DNA from: Tubulanus polymorphus
Taxonomy: Eukaryota; Animalia; Nemertea
Length of the DNA stretch: 64,000 nucleotides
Direction: 5' to 3'
Assembly: GCF_964204645.1 (NCBI RefSeq)
Contig: NC_134034.1
Location: 3,055,814 to 3,119,813 of the forward strand
Below the pieces are notes generated by a model that was not told where the DNA came from, did no database searches, and saw only the letters and a program-made list of their open reading frames with translations. Below are positions 13,340 through 56,000 of this stretch, in pieces (position 1 is the first letter of the stretch; the number at the start of each line of letters is the position of its first letter). The position numbers and the translations under genes were made by a program.

Positions 13340-13529
13340 ACTATTTTTGAAGATATTGCCTCACACAAAAGGGCACTCTGATTTCCAAAATGGCTACTAG
13401 GCCTATATACTCCCGCACTGATACGTACCGATCATCTTTGTTGACAAAGTTGAAAAGACACTTAATACATTAGAAAGATTTGATGTTCTTTGACGAGTTT
13501 TCTCACGAGTTCGCTTGGATCCACCGCTG
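13321..13529. mobile_element. GGGGCGGATCCA-TIR MITE overlapping the GPCR stop codon
   Basis: CAGGGGCGGATCCA...TGGATCCACCGCTG (12/14 inverted match). Similar termini at about 10418-10582, 43297-43873 and 49206. No clear TSD. Confidence 0.5.
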
Positions 13530-14259
13530 CGAAAAATTTCATCACTCGTCTATTCTGGCAACCGGCGGCAAGACGACCGTTTAGAAAAAAATCGATTACC
13601 ATTCCAGAAGTTAAATACAGTTTAAACCGCGCCCTGACTTCTGTTTGATTTAGCTAATTAACTAAGAAATCTTTCTCCGCTTAATTAGAATACGAACTTA
13701 GTTTCTTCGTTTCTAATTAATGTCCAATTAATCCATTCCAACTTTTAACCATGATACATGCGGAGGAATCGATTTGAAATATGCTGACGACTTCGGAAAA
13801 CATCTCGACTCGATTTCATTGCCCTTGAACTGTTAAACTTCTGATAAATGATGAATTCATGATTATTTTCAAAACGGTATAGTTTGATCGGCCTGAGATT
13901 AATTCTGCACTTACTGCACTTGATGTCCGTCGTCACTGTTGCTGCAAAAGTTACGATAAAATTCACTGTGAAAATTATGATTTCAAGGGAGTGTCCGCGT
14001 GGGTTCGGACTTCCCACAAAATTTTGAGGTCCCCGAAATTTCCATCCTCAAATATTCCAGGCTGAAGATATTGTTTCGGCAATTAGCTATTTTACCAATT
14101 CGAAAAGATCTACTTAAACCCATCCTGTTTGTGCGAACAACGATATTGTGGCGAAGCATAGAAAAAGGCCCTTAATTTCTTAAGTGGACACCTACCTTTC
14201 CTTTGAGCCAAGACCCGCCCCTGAGTGAGTTCCGGCAACCGAAAATACGTAAAAGCCAT

Positions 14260-14640
14260 CTCAATTCGGGCGAAGATTGTGATAGTTGAGCGCTGAGATC
14301 TACGTTCTCTGGCGAAAACCCTCAATTCGGTCGGGTGAAGATCGTGATATAGTATAGAGCGCTCCTCACCGCACGCAGAGCGACCATCACTGAGATCCAC
14401 GTTCCCAGGGAACCCTCAATTCGGTCGGATGAAGATCGTGATTGTGTAGAGCGCTCCTCACCGCGCATAGAGCGACCATCACTGAGATCCACGTTCCCAA
14501 GGAAACCTCAATTCGGTCGGATGAAGATCGTGATATAGTATAGAGCGCTCCTCACCGCACGCAGAGCGACCATCACTGAGATCCACGTTCTGCACGCCTG
14601 AAAATCCTCAAATCGATCCAGTGCAGAAGATCGTGATAGT
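14260..14640. repeat. Second array of the same 94-bp repeat, ~4 copies, same orientation
   Basis: Same unit as 11205-12004. Confidence 0.93.
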
Positions 14641-15253
14641 CCGAATGCTGTCATCTCTCCTTCCTCATGCGCGGTGTTTGGTGTCTGTCTTTTAAATCCA
14701 AAAGATCTGTTACTCTTATATGAACATATGTATTCGAAAATTATCATTATATCATTAACATGTCTATACCATTAAGGAGGTATTACTTCTCGTGCAGAAA
14801 ATGTTAATGGTCTGGTAATATAAGATTCCATATTGAATAAACTTTTGACGAACTAGAATTATAGAACGCGTTAATTTCAATATTGTGGGACATCTGCAAG
14901 TTCAATACCTGGAGTATAGGCCTACTAATGAAGTCTTAATTAGATTTTTACGGCTGAAACGATTTCAATGTTCCCTCCAGGTTCCCTTCCATTTTAAAAC
15001 TAAATCTACGAGTGAGCACAACTATATGTATGCCTTTTCACCTCGATGACCAACGACAGATTGAACCGATTTTTGAACGGAAATTTAACTCTGAAGACAT
15101 TATGTGGGTAATTCATCCGGAGACATTTTTATTTCGATTTGATTAACTTCACAATAGACATCATAGTCCTTGACTACAGAAATTGGATATTGAAATTCCA
15201 TTTGGAATATGCAAAAACAAAATAAGTCAAGGCTTCGGGGTTTCGCAAAAGAA

Positions 15254-38830
<23,577 letters not shown>

Positions 38831-40059
38831 ATCAGTTATCAAGTTACTAAATTCGAAGTCGAATAAGTTCTATCTGAAAAACGAATAATAAAATTTGTCT
38901 TTAGATGCTGGTACTGAATGGATTCTGGTACTGAATGTTTTGTGTGCGTATTTCATTTCCTCTTGTCTTCCTTCTAGGGTGCCTGATATTACAAGCTCTC
39001 CGGCCGCCCTGCTGTTATTTTGCACCAGTGCAAAACAAATCAATTATCTATTGTCATTTTGTGAATCTGGTATTCATCGGTGTAAATTATTCGGGAAATA
39101 AATAGATAAATTCTACACGACAGACGGACACGTGAATAGTTAAAGATATTGCGCCATCAAAAACAACTCCAAGATTTGACTAGATGTCGAGGCACATTTT
39201 ATCACGTAACAATTTCTTAGCATGGGAAAAACGAAGCAGATTTTTTCCATACCCATCTAGTTAAAAAGAAATGAAACCAGACGATTAAAATCTTTAATAG
39301 TAGTCGGAATTTGCGATAAGGCTAAATCGAATTAAGCTGAGCCGGGGCTTGAACTTTTTTCGCCGAGTAAGCCCCCTTTTTAATTTCGGAAGTGTAATAT
39401 TGTATCGATGAGCCTTTGTCATTGATCGCCTGTGGTCGTGCGGCATTTTCGTTATAATTATGATGATAACGTTTATCACTTTTGTTTGATAATTGGTTAT
39501 CGTAAATATGATATTTGATTCTAAAAGATCTAATGAGTACTTATTATTACATTCTAATATCTTGTAGTATCTTTAAATATTCCCGATCCCTAATCTTTCG
39601 TATATCAGTCGACTTTTCGCTGAAACACGAACATAAGATATACATTTTAAGTGATTACTCACCAGTATCCACTCCTCTTGTAAAAGCATTCGTTGGAATG
39701 ACGCCTAATGCGCGCAAAACGTTCACTTGATTCGCTAAAATTGCTGATCGTGCAACGAACAATTGATTCGGTATATTCTGATGTGTCACTTGTGCGGATG
39801 TTTTAAAAATTACACGTCAGGTGACATTTTGACAAGTCAGAAGTAAAATGTATATACATACAGGTTGTTGTTGTACGACAATTAGTGCTGAGTTCTATTA
39901 TCTTTACAGAAATGACTTGAATCTCCCGCGAAAAACTGGTCCCCGGTTTCAAGACACGAGCTCTATAGATAAAGCGATCATTAGAAATTTCATCCTCAAC
40001 AGTTGCGTCTTTAATGACGGATCGAATGTACTATCAATTATATTCTGTTTGTGGACCGC

Positions 40060-40640
40060 TAGTTCCGCGTATTAGGTCGCAGATTCTGAACCTAGTTTTA
40101 ATCCAACCCATGCCGGTTCCACGTGTAGGTTGCAGACTCTGAACCTAGTTCTAACCAAAACCAGTTCCACGTGTAGGTCGTAGCGTTTGAACCTAGAATT
40201 GTAGAGTCTGATCTAGAACCAAACCTAGTTCCACGTGTAGGTCGTAGAGTTTGAACCTAGAATTGTAGAGTCTGATCTAGAACCAAACCCAGTTCCACGT
40301 GTAGGTCGTAGAGTTTGAACCTAGAATTGTAGAGTCTGAACCTAGAACCAAACTCAGTTCCACGTGTAGGTCGTAGAGTTTGAACCTAGAATTGTAGAGT
40401 CTGATCTAGAACCAAACCCAGTTCCACGTGTAGGTCGTAGAGTCTGGACCTAGAATTGTTGAGTCTGAACCTAGAACCCAACCCAGTTCCACGTGTAGGT
40501 CGTAAAGTCTGGACCTATTGTAGAGTTTGACAAACCCAGTTCCACGTGTAAGTCGTATTGTCTGGACCTAGAATTGTAGAGTCTGAATCTAGAACCAAAC
40601 CCAGTCCCCCGTGTAGGCTACAGAACTCCCTGACCTAGAA
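40060..40640. repeat. 64-bp tandem repeat, ~9 copies, eight with CACGTG
   Basis: Unit GTTCCACGTGTAGGTCGTAGAGTTTGAACCTAGAATTGTAGAGTCTGATCTAGAACCAAACCCA. Confidence 0.93.
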
Positions 40641-41112
40641 ATCGCTACTTAATCCAGCTCGACGTACATAGGTTGCAGATTCGTGGTCTATAGTACCGAG
40701 TGGATTACAATTTTCTCGAATTGTGAATTGTGAAAGGACCGCTGCGGCTAGACCCCCTACTGAATCGATCGAATTATTAAATCGTTAACTTAAGAAAATA
40801 ACATGATATCATTATCAGGTCGATGTCTCATTGTTTGTGCTGTGATTTCTCTTGAACGGTCAATGTAAAGAGTGGTGATGGTTTAGTCTCCACGCGGCCA
40901 TGTGTTTATCGGACCAGCTATATGTGGATTTATTAGGAATTCGCGAAACTTTCACATTTTGCTAATATATAAGTTGAAATCAGAGTTCAACAAAATATAA
41001 CTAGTGAATAGCGATACGAACATCTGTATCTGGTCGATAGCGAGTTGTCAGGTGATTTGAAATATCGATCTCGTGCGGGGTATGCTCGTCAAGGTGACAC
41101 TGTGTATGTAGT

Positions 41113-41231
41113 GAGGGAGAGAGGGAGAGAGGGGGAGAGGGGGAGAGGGGGAGAGGGGGAGAGGGAGAGAGGGAGAGAGGGAGAGATGGGGAAAGAGGGA
41201 GAGAGGGAGAGAGGGAGAGAGGGAGAGAGGG
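41113..41231. repeat. Polypurine (GA-rich) tract
   Basis: GAGGGAGA-type units; similar purine tract at about 2990-3265. Confidence 0.9.
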
Positions 41232-42286
41232 ACTGAGTGATGAAATCAAAGCAAAAATATGAAAAAATATTCTTTTGTCCTCAAATAAGCGGTTTATACA
41301 GTGAAGTCAAAAAGATGCAAATTTAAAGGTTTTAACTTTGTCTTGTTGAAAAGGGCAAATCAGTCGGGAGCAGGCCCTGGACCTTCGAGACCATCGATCG
41401 ACCCTAGTTCCCTGCATTACCGTGGACATTTACAATTTATTACAATGTAATAATATCTATTTGCACAGAATATATCGGAATATCAGTATCGTACATAGCC
41501 TGTCACCAACCTGTCACCAGGCCCTCTTCATACATGCCGGGCCGGGCAGGTGCTTCAGTGTGCAAATTATTGAGTATATGAAATAAAATGTTTCAATGTA
41601 TGATTGAGTATGCAAAGGATGAAAGTCGGGTCGATGCAGGGCTTAGAAGCAGTTAGGAGATCCCCGAGGAAAATCGAAACGTCGAAAAAAAAACTTTAAA
41701 AAAAAAAAAAATTTGGAGTCGTTTTTTTTTCGTTTCTCGGGGTGGTCACTACTGTTGAATTTGATATGATTCCCCTGGGACACACTGACTATTCGATGTA
41801 AAGAATCCAATCAGGTAACCGCAGTCAAATAGGTAGGATATAGGATGAAAACTGTTTGATGAAAACTTTTCCCTGATTTCCCTGAATTCTTCTGTTTCTT
41901 CGTGGTGATATCGTCGTCACATATTGCCGAATTGTGGATCGTGTAGGCTCTGAGTGTAATGGCATCTGGATTATTTATTGTCGCCGGATTAGTTCGATAC
42001 GAATAAAGTCTATTTTGATTGTACTGTGTTGATGGTGCCCTGTTGGAGGCCGTTAAGTCATAACCGAGTCAGACCAGCAACCAGTCTAGTCAAACACCGC
42101 TCAACGTGAAAATTCGAACTTTCTTGAACTGAAACGACAAAGCGAAATACTTACACTCATTCACAAGAAATATCGACGAGTTTCGACAAAAATTGAAATT
42201 CACAAAAAACAAACGGATTCTCTAACGTAAAATTGAGCCTCGATTTTAGAATAAACGGCAATATTTGCAAAAATTTAACCCCCTGA

Positions 42287-47722
<5,436 letters not shown>

Positions 47723-50014
47723 TTCCGTAAACGCGGGCGCGCGTTGAAAAAAAATGAAGCAGCAAAAAAACAAACAAAAGAAAAAGAAAATTCGTTTCAC
47801 AAAAAAATGAAGATGAAAAAATGACGATGAAATCGTAGATGACCTGGAATCATGACTTCACCAGCCGGAAATAAAAAACAACAAAAAACGCTTAGAGATC
47901 AGAAACAAACAGCACGTATTTTAATCGAAATTTCGAAGCTTTCGTCGATTTTAGATTTTAGCTTTTTTCAACATATTCGCGACAATTTCGGAATCGACCT
48001 GAATCGGGGGTGATTCGCAATGCAAACGACGGCTGGACGGGCTCGTCGGGCGCCGGCTCCGTCGGGGCCCCGTCCGCCTGTCCGCGAGCGCGAGATGCGC
48101 GAAATGATACAATTCGTGCCGAGAAAATATATTTGAGATTTTTATCGCGCGTTCGGCTACGGTGGAGAATTTTTTTTTGCCGGCCGAAAGTAAAAAAAAA
48201 AACCACGGAACTTATCGAAACGAATAATGAATAAAGCGTTGGTCGATGCATGGCCAAAATTTGGTAATTAAACACAAATTCATGGTCGGGGAGTAGTCTG
48301 GGGATGAGGGGGAGGGGGTGTTGAACCTGTATGACATATGGACGCGTAGCTGTTTCTGAAATCATGGCGTTTCAATCTGCGGCCCGCAACCCCTGGCAGG
48401 ATATGTCTCGGCTTTTCATAGCCGTTCTGCCAATTTCTTATCGTGTTCAGAACTTCGTCCGAGAAATTTTTTTAATTGACAATGAAGTTCAAAGTTTTAT
48501 AAGCACACTCTTTCAAAAACTGATCATCGACACTTAACTAATTGATACCTGAAAATGGTTGAGATAATTTGAAACTTTCGAAAAATTCCATTGCAGTGAA
48601 TTATTATACGGGTGTACCATAAAATTGCATCTACACTGCGGTGCAGTGTGTCGTTACTTACATTTCACTATGGTTGATAGGTGTGCTGCCATCTTTCCGT
48701 TAAGATGAAAACTAATTATTAATACATTTGTAACATCGATCCACCATGATGCGGTGTATTGGCAGTCTACTGATTTGTACGCCGCACTGCGGTGTAGATG
48801 CACCGAAAGGGTTAATTTGAAAAAGGAATGAATTAACTACACTAAACAAATGTGTTTGGAGAGGGTTGACTTCCGGGCTGCAGATTCATAGCTGAAAAAG
48901 TGTGCGTGGACTGTAAGAGATTTTTTTAAAGAGTCAGTTATTAGTTCCAAAAGCAGTTAACAGGTGTCCTTATTTAAAAAAGCGACTAGTGAAGGGTTTA
49001 AGAAATTTTATTCAACTCTGATCATGGTTTAGTTTCGAGGATTACAGGTCTTTGACCGATTATAGGGGGGGGACTTACTTTATATAAATGACGTATTGAT
49101 GTGTAAAACTAAATTTGTTTTTAAAAGAATAAATATGACCACTGGTAGCTTAACTTCATGAATCATTTTTAAATTGTGTATTTTTATGAAAGGTTGATCA
49201 ACCGAGAGGGCGGATCCAGGATTTTCAAAGTGGGTCATCTGCTAGTCATCCCCCAAAAAAATTGGTCTCTTCCGAGCATTCTAAACATTTTAAGGGACTG
49301 CTTGATCATCTTGTGAACCTTGTAGGCTACACTACTTAGAAATGCAGCGTCGAAAAACTGGAGACAATCCGAAGGAAATTTGCCAAGACCTTATTATCAA
49401 ATAAGCTATGAGGATGGATGGAAGGAATCCACCACCTGAAAGGATAAAAGGACCATATGAAATGTTAATGTAAGGACGATGCAAGCCGCGCTACGGCGTA
49501 GCCCTTATGGCCAATGACCGTGAGGGGTGCAAGCTGAACAATGAAATCTATGGGCGTGTTTTTATGAACTAGTATTACCTTTAACCCGGGGGTAAACTTA
49601 ATTCATTTTCAATTGAATTAGCCCTGGGGTTAAAGGCAATACCAGGCTATAAAGCCCATGAAATTAATCGCAATACCATCATATTGTCGGGACCCCCTAA
49701 ATAATGTTGTTTACCGAGATTGATATCGTGGGATTTCGCTCAATGATATTCAAGACTGGTGAACCTCATTATAACGAAGTCGGATGCACGATTCATCGGA
49801 TATATTCTTACTAGGGACGAAATTCTATATTTGTTTAACAAATTGATTAAGATTAATTAACAAGATTTGATTAATTTCATACCAGATATAATGAACTATC
49901 AGTTATAACAGATGTTCTGTTCCCGTGAAGTTCGCGGTAACGAGGTTCCGCTGTAATCTCAACTACAGACATTTTTTTCGATTTATTTTTTATTCTTTCG
50001 AAGTATAAAAAATG

Positions 50015-53000
50015 CTACATATGTAATTTTGAGTCACTCGCCGACATTGAGTTAAATGCTAGTTTCACTTTCGCGTCTATATCGACCGAATCGTCCACGT
50101 TCAACTTCGACTTGTGTTTCAACACGAAATGTTGCAAGAACAGTTTTAATCCTTGTCGCAGCGTGCGCAGTTTCGGAAACGGAGCGACGCGTTGGAATAC
50201 CTCGCGAGTGACGTCCTCGTCGTAGTCGACCAGCAGACCGAGCAGGATCGACTTGATCAGAAATACTTTCGATTTGTCTAATTCTCCGAATTCAACGACC
50301 TAGAAAATAATTTAAACGTTTTCCTCAAGTAAAGCGAGGTAGCTAATTGGCAATAGAGGATTCCACTCGTGGCAAGTGAGGATCTAACCAGGTGTCGCTA
50401 GTGTGCAGTGGGACATTAAACAACTGCGGCGATAGAGGGTTCCACTTGTGTCAAGTGAGGATCCACCAGGTGTCGCAAGTGTGCAGTAGGATAAGTTGTC
50501 AGTAAGATTGTTGCAGTAACTACTGCGGCAATTGAAGATTCCACTTGTGGCAAGTGAGGATCCACCAGGTGTCGCTAGTGTGAAGTAGGACATCAACTTC
50601 TGTGGCAATAGAGGATTCCACTCCTGGCAAATAAGGATCACCAGGTGTCGCTAGTGCGCAGCATGATATGAACTTCGTTTATCCAGAGACATGGGATTTT
50701 TCAAATATTTTATAAGGCAGGCTAGAAGTCTTGGTTAAAATTGAAAATCTACTCAATTTGTTCTAATTGTTAGAACCGACTCACTTTGAATATGGATAAC
50801 GAGAGAGCCTTCGTCGCGATCAGATGAGTGAGAAAGCCGCTGTAGTTCTTCAGATTCTGTTCGGATAGACTCGAAATCTCCTTCAATTTGTCCCATAAAT
50901 TAAACTGTATTGTCATCTGAAATAATGAAACAAAACATCTGAATGAACTAAAAAAGGGAGTAGTGAATAGTGAAGAAACGTCTACGTCGGGGTGGACTTA
51001 TACTGTACAGTTTGAAAGAGTTGTCTGCATAAGATTCATTACATAGAAAAAATGCCAAAATGGCCGCCATGTTTGATATTTTTGTTAGATAAATCGCAGG
51101 AGCGCAACTACATGTACAAACCACACCAAGTTGCATCGAAATAAAACTAAACACTTAAGGGTGGCCACTTTTACTTGACTTTTCCCTGACTTCCTTGACA
51201 TGTACGTTGTTTTCCCGGACTAGATCTGCTAAGTATCCAATCAATTCACATTAGCAATCTCTACGATCTAGCGGTCTCCAAAAATTTCCCTGACTTATCG
51301 ATGATTTTAAGCTTTTTTTTCTCCAAAATTCCCGCAATATTCCCTCACTAGCAATCTCATGATCTAGCAGTCTCCACAAATTTCCCTGACTTCTCAATGA
51401 TTTTTAGCTCCTTTTTTTCTCCAAAATTCCCGCAATATTCCCTGACTATCTTAAAGAATAGAAAAAATCCCTGGCTATTTACAGGTAAATGGCCACCTTG
51501 TTCCTGAATTCCTTACACACTACAATTGTTACAGCCCATCTGAGAGAGGATTCTCGCGTACAGATAGGAACACGTCTGCGCACGTGCGCGCGAAGATAAA
51601 CTACGAACCTGAAATCGTCGATCGTACTCGGCGAATTTCTGCGCGAGGAACCCGTAGTACGGATTGTAACGTTTCTCCTGCAAACAGCAGACGGTTATCA
51701 CGTGCACGATTTCGCGTTCCTGCTGGTGTTTCAATCCGAGTTTCAGCAATTTCTCGAACGCTTCCACGAAATCCTGTAAACGCAATTAGATCGACGAACT
51801 TTACGTTATAGACACGGCTAGGAAAGATGGCCGCCTCCATAAATCCCCTGAGACATCATCAAATAAAACCCACAAATGATCAAGATATTTCTAGAAAAGA
51901 TGGCTCCCTTCACCAACCTGTGATATCATCAGATTACATAATATCAATTTGATCTATGCGCTCTTCCAGACAAGATGTCTGCCTCCATAGATCCCCTATG
52001 ACATCATCAAATGATCAAAAGATATTTCCAGAAAAGATGGCTCCCTTCATCCACCTGTGATATCATCAGATTACATATCAATTTGATCTATGCACTCTTC
52101 CAGAAAAGATGTCTGCCTCCAAAAATCCTCGAATGACATCATCAGCATGAAAATTAATTTGATCTATGGACTCTTTCAGAAAAGATGTCGCTTAAAATCC
52201 CCCTATGACATCATCACATAGGATAACGACACTTTCAGAAAAAATGTCTGCCCCCAAAATCCCCCTATGACATCATCAGAATGCATGATCTATGGACTCT
52301 TTCAGAAAAGATGTCTCGAAAAATCCACCTATGACATCATCAGTTATCGTTAATTTGATCTCATGGACTCTCAGAAAAATGCCATTTCTTTCCTTCTGGA
52401 CCCCGGCCTACCAATTTTCCAAGATCCAGCCTGCAATGTGATGATGTCATAGGGGGTATTAAGCTGTTGTTTTGAATTTCAAGTATACCTCACTGGTCAT
52501 TATGATGCAGAAGATATTTTTACGTATATCCGTGTTCATTCTCTGTTTTCGCGCCAGTTCGACGATGTCCGAGCTAAACGAACTGTCGACCGTCGACGTC
52601 GCGCCCGTTTTACTCGTCGCGGTCGAATCCGTCTGCTTACCCGACCACGCCGAGCCGACCATCCACCATCGGCCGTGAGATTCGGCCGAGAGCAAATCGT
52701 CGAGCGATATCCGCAACGGCGCTTCCAACGAACCTGAAATACCGGGAAAAAAGATAGACTGCCGCCCGGAACCAAGTCCGCCCGGAACCACCCCTCCTAC
52801 TAGAGAAAGGAGTGTCATCATCTCAGAGCCGCTCGCTTTAGAAAGGACGATTCGAAACTGAGTAGTTTAGATATCCTTGGAGCCATCCATTTAGGAATGG
52901 GGTGGCTTTCAAATAGTGATGACTTTCAAAAAGTGATGACTTTCAAAAAGTGATGACTTTCAATAAGTGATGACTTGTAAACGCTCTTAGTTTTACCCTT

Positions 53001-56000
53001 TAAACATGGCGGATAAATAGCATAGTAACAATGAACGTATAATTGTCACGATGTCCACTCTCCACTGGTTAACTCTAACCAAATTTTGAGCAACGCGCTC
53101 CTGATCACATAGATGGACTTCCCTCATGATGAATGTCCCTTCAAAATATTTAAATTTTTTAGTGTTTATTCAAATTGCTTCTACGAGTTTTAAATGCCAA
53201 TTTGAGTCGCGCGAATCTGTCTTACCTCCTACATAGGACCTCAGCAGTTTTTTCAGGTGATCCAGATGAGTCGGATCGTAATTGGGAATTTTTCGTACGT
53301 TGTTATTTTTGATGGCCAACAAAATGTCCAACATGAACTTCACGCGAGATCTGAAAAATTTTACGCAGAAAACATTTACTTAACGACTACAAACATTTCT
53401 AACCGTCTATTTCTCAAAATCAGAATTTCAGGCAATTTGCTCAAATAAAAGGAGCCTCAAGCACCTTTAAAAGCATTGTCTGTTTAGAAGTTTTTTTTAG
53501 GAATCAGGGTATCGTAAACAACTAAGAAAGCACATTTTCTGTTTAGAAGGTTTTTAGGGAATCTAGGAGTCGTAGGGTCCTTGTAAACACGAAGAAAGCA
53601 CATTTAAACATATTTTCTGTTTCGAAAGAGTTGTTAAGGGAATCAAGGAGTTGTAGGGTCCAAGACTAGAAGACTTAGATCCTTAGTTCTGTGAGCATCA
53701 ACGAACACTTACTTATCCTCGAATCGTTCCATGTCGGCGGTGCTCGCTTTGTTTTGTATTTTCAGTATGATGTCTTTGAGCGCGAGGGCGTCATCTCGGC
53801 GTAGCGTCATACCCGCGATGCGCAGTATGATCACCAATAGTTCGATTGATTTCTCCGTGAAACTTTCGCACAATATTCCGCCGATATCGAACACAATTAA
53901 ACTATCCACGACCTACGCAGAAAACAACGACAAAAGTTGCTTTTATCAAATAGTTTCCGCACTCCATTCTCGTCTACCAGGGTTTGATTGCCTTCCTCTT
54001 ACACAACACTGGCCACACTTACACTTGTCTATTACTTGGCCCAAGACTTCTTGGGCGGACAGGTTGCCACTCAGCAGCCACCAGGCTATATATCTAGCCA
54101 ATCAGATGTGGTTTAATGATAGAGCGAATCGGCCGGTGAAAAACAACGCATCTGATTGGCTAGATACATAGACTGGTGGCCGCTGAGTGGCAACCCGTCC
54201 GCCCGAGAAATCAGTGTAATAGACCAGTGAACAGTTTGCGGCCACGGTTTTTGTCAGCGTGAACTTCGGTAGGAGGCAATCAAACCCTGGCAAGCGAAGG
54301 TGTCATACACGGATGATGTCCTAATCAGGCAGGGGTTCGCCTGAGTTTTCTCTGATTTTTTTCATGGAATTACACAAATTTGTTGCATTCCCAGAGGTTT
54401 CCCTGACTTTACTGATTCCTCGAGTTTTTCCCGGTCAGTGGCCACTCAGCAGACGACGTGTTCACATGTACGTACGAGTACTGTGAGGCAAGATGTACGT
54501 GCACATCACCCTTGCACCTGCCCCTCGGATCAGCCCTCGCCTTGAATGTCACTCACCTTGAAGTTGTACATGTACATTAGAAATATGACTAGATTATCCA
54601 TCGTTTTGCCTTCGCCGTAGTTTCCACCGGCGCGAAACAATTCATCGAATTTCATCGCCAGATTTTGCAAGAAATACGCGCCTAGGAAATAAATGACAAA
54701 CCTCTCGAGTCCATGAAGTAAACGATTACAACTGAAAAGGGTATAAATGAGCGCCCTGGGCCGGGTTTCCAGCGGTCCTTCCAAGCCCTTCTTTGTCTTT
54801 CTTTTGGAAAAAGTTTGGACAAACATCATCTTTGTCCCTCTATTTGACTCTAAACGTCCATCCTTTTGATGAAAAAGTCCTTCGAAACTTGATTTTTATG
54901 TATTTCAATGCATTTCAACGTTATATATCAAAATTTGACTGTTGAAGTATTTCATTACTTAGGCCTGGTGATTCAATTGTCAGTAGGATTGAATATACAG
55001 GAAAGTGTTATGGAATTACGCTGGAATATGACAGTCTACATGACTAATGTCTATTTCAACCTGATTTGAGAGCATTGCGGGTGGCCTAGCTCGCTCGTTT
55101 TTGGTAGTTCATACCTGATAAAGGTCTTAATAGTACAAGAAAGAACTGGCAGTCGACCTAAATCATCATTTTTTAGTACGGTACGAGTACGGTTCACGAC
55201 GTTTAAATCGAAATCGAACTTACCGACTTCCGAGCCGATGTTGCCGTGTAGGACGGTGACCAACATCGCTAGTTCCATGATCAAACGTTCGGGGGTCGGA
55301 ATCGGCGAGATACACGAGGCCGTTATCAAACCGTACAACGTCTCGTTCATATCGGCGCGGCTGTGAGATCTGTACTGAGACTCGATCTCGTTCGCGATCG
55401 GCTGCATGTTCGATTCGCTCACTCTGGAAAAAAAACGGTCGTTAATACTCATTAAAAACATTCTCTACATCAAGACAAAATTACTATTCCTTCTGAAATA
55501 AAGAAGGCTGCCAGTCGACTATATTGTATCCACAGAAATGGAAATTCTGGCAGATATCTGGAATATCGAATCTACACAAATAGAGATGAAATACTGTTCC
55601 TTCTGAAATAAAGAAGGCTGCCAGTCGACTATATTGTATCTACAGAAATGTAAATTCTAGCAGCTATCTGGAATATTGAATCTACACTAATAGGGATGAA
55701 ATACCGTTCCCCCTGAAATGAAGTTGACTGCCAGGCAACTATATTGAATATCCACAGAGATAGAAATTTTAGTATGAAGATGACCGCTAGTCAGCTACCT
55801 GGAATATCGAATCCACAAAATTAGGGATAAAATACTGTTCCCTCTGAAATGATGATGGCTGCCAGTCAGCCACATTGAATCGCGCAAAATCCCACCAAAA
55901 TCGACAAAGAATAACAATTCTTTCCCTATTTAATATGTCTACCAGTCAGCCTTATCAAATGGACAAATTATTCACCATTATTCAAAAAGAAATACCAATC

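Noticed and set aside
47958-48365. GC-rich ORFs downstream of LSM12
   Set aside because: Probably LSM12 3' UTR (AATAAA near 48230); no recognisable protein features or exon structure.
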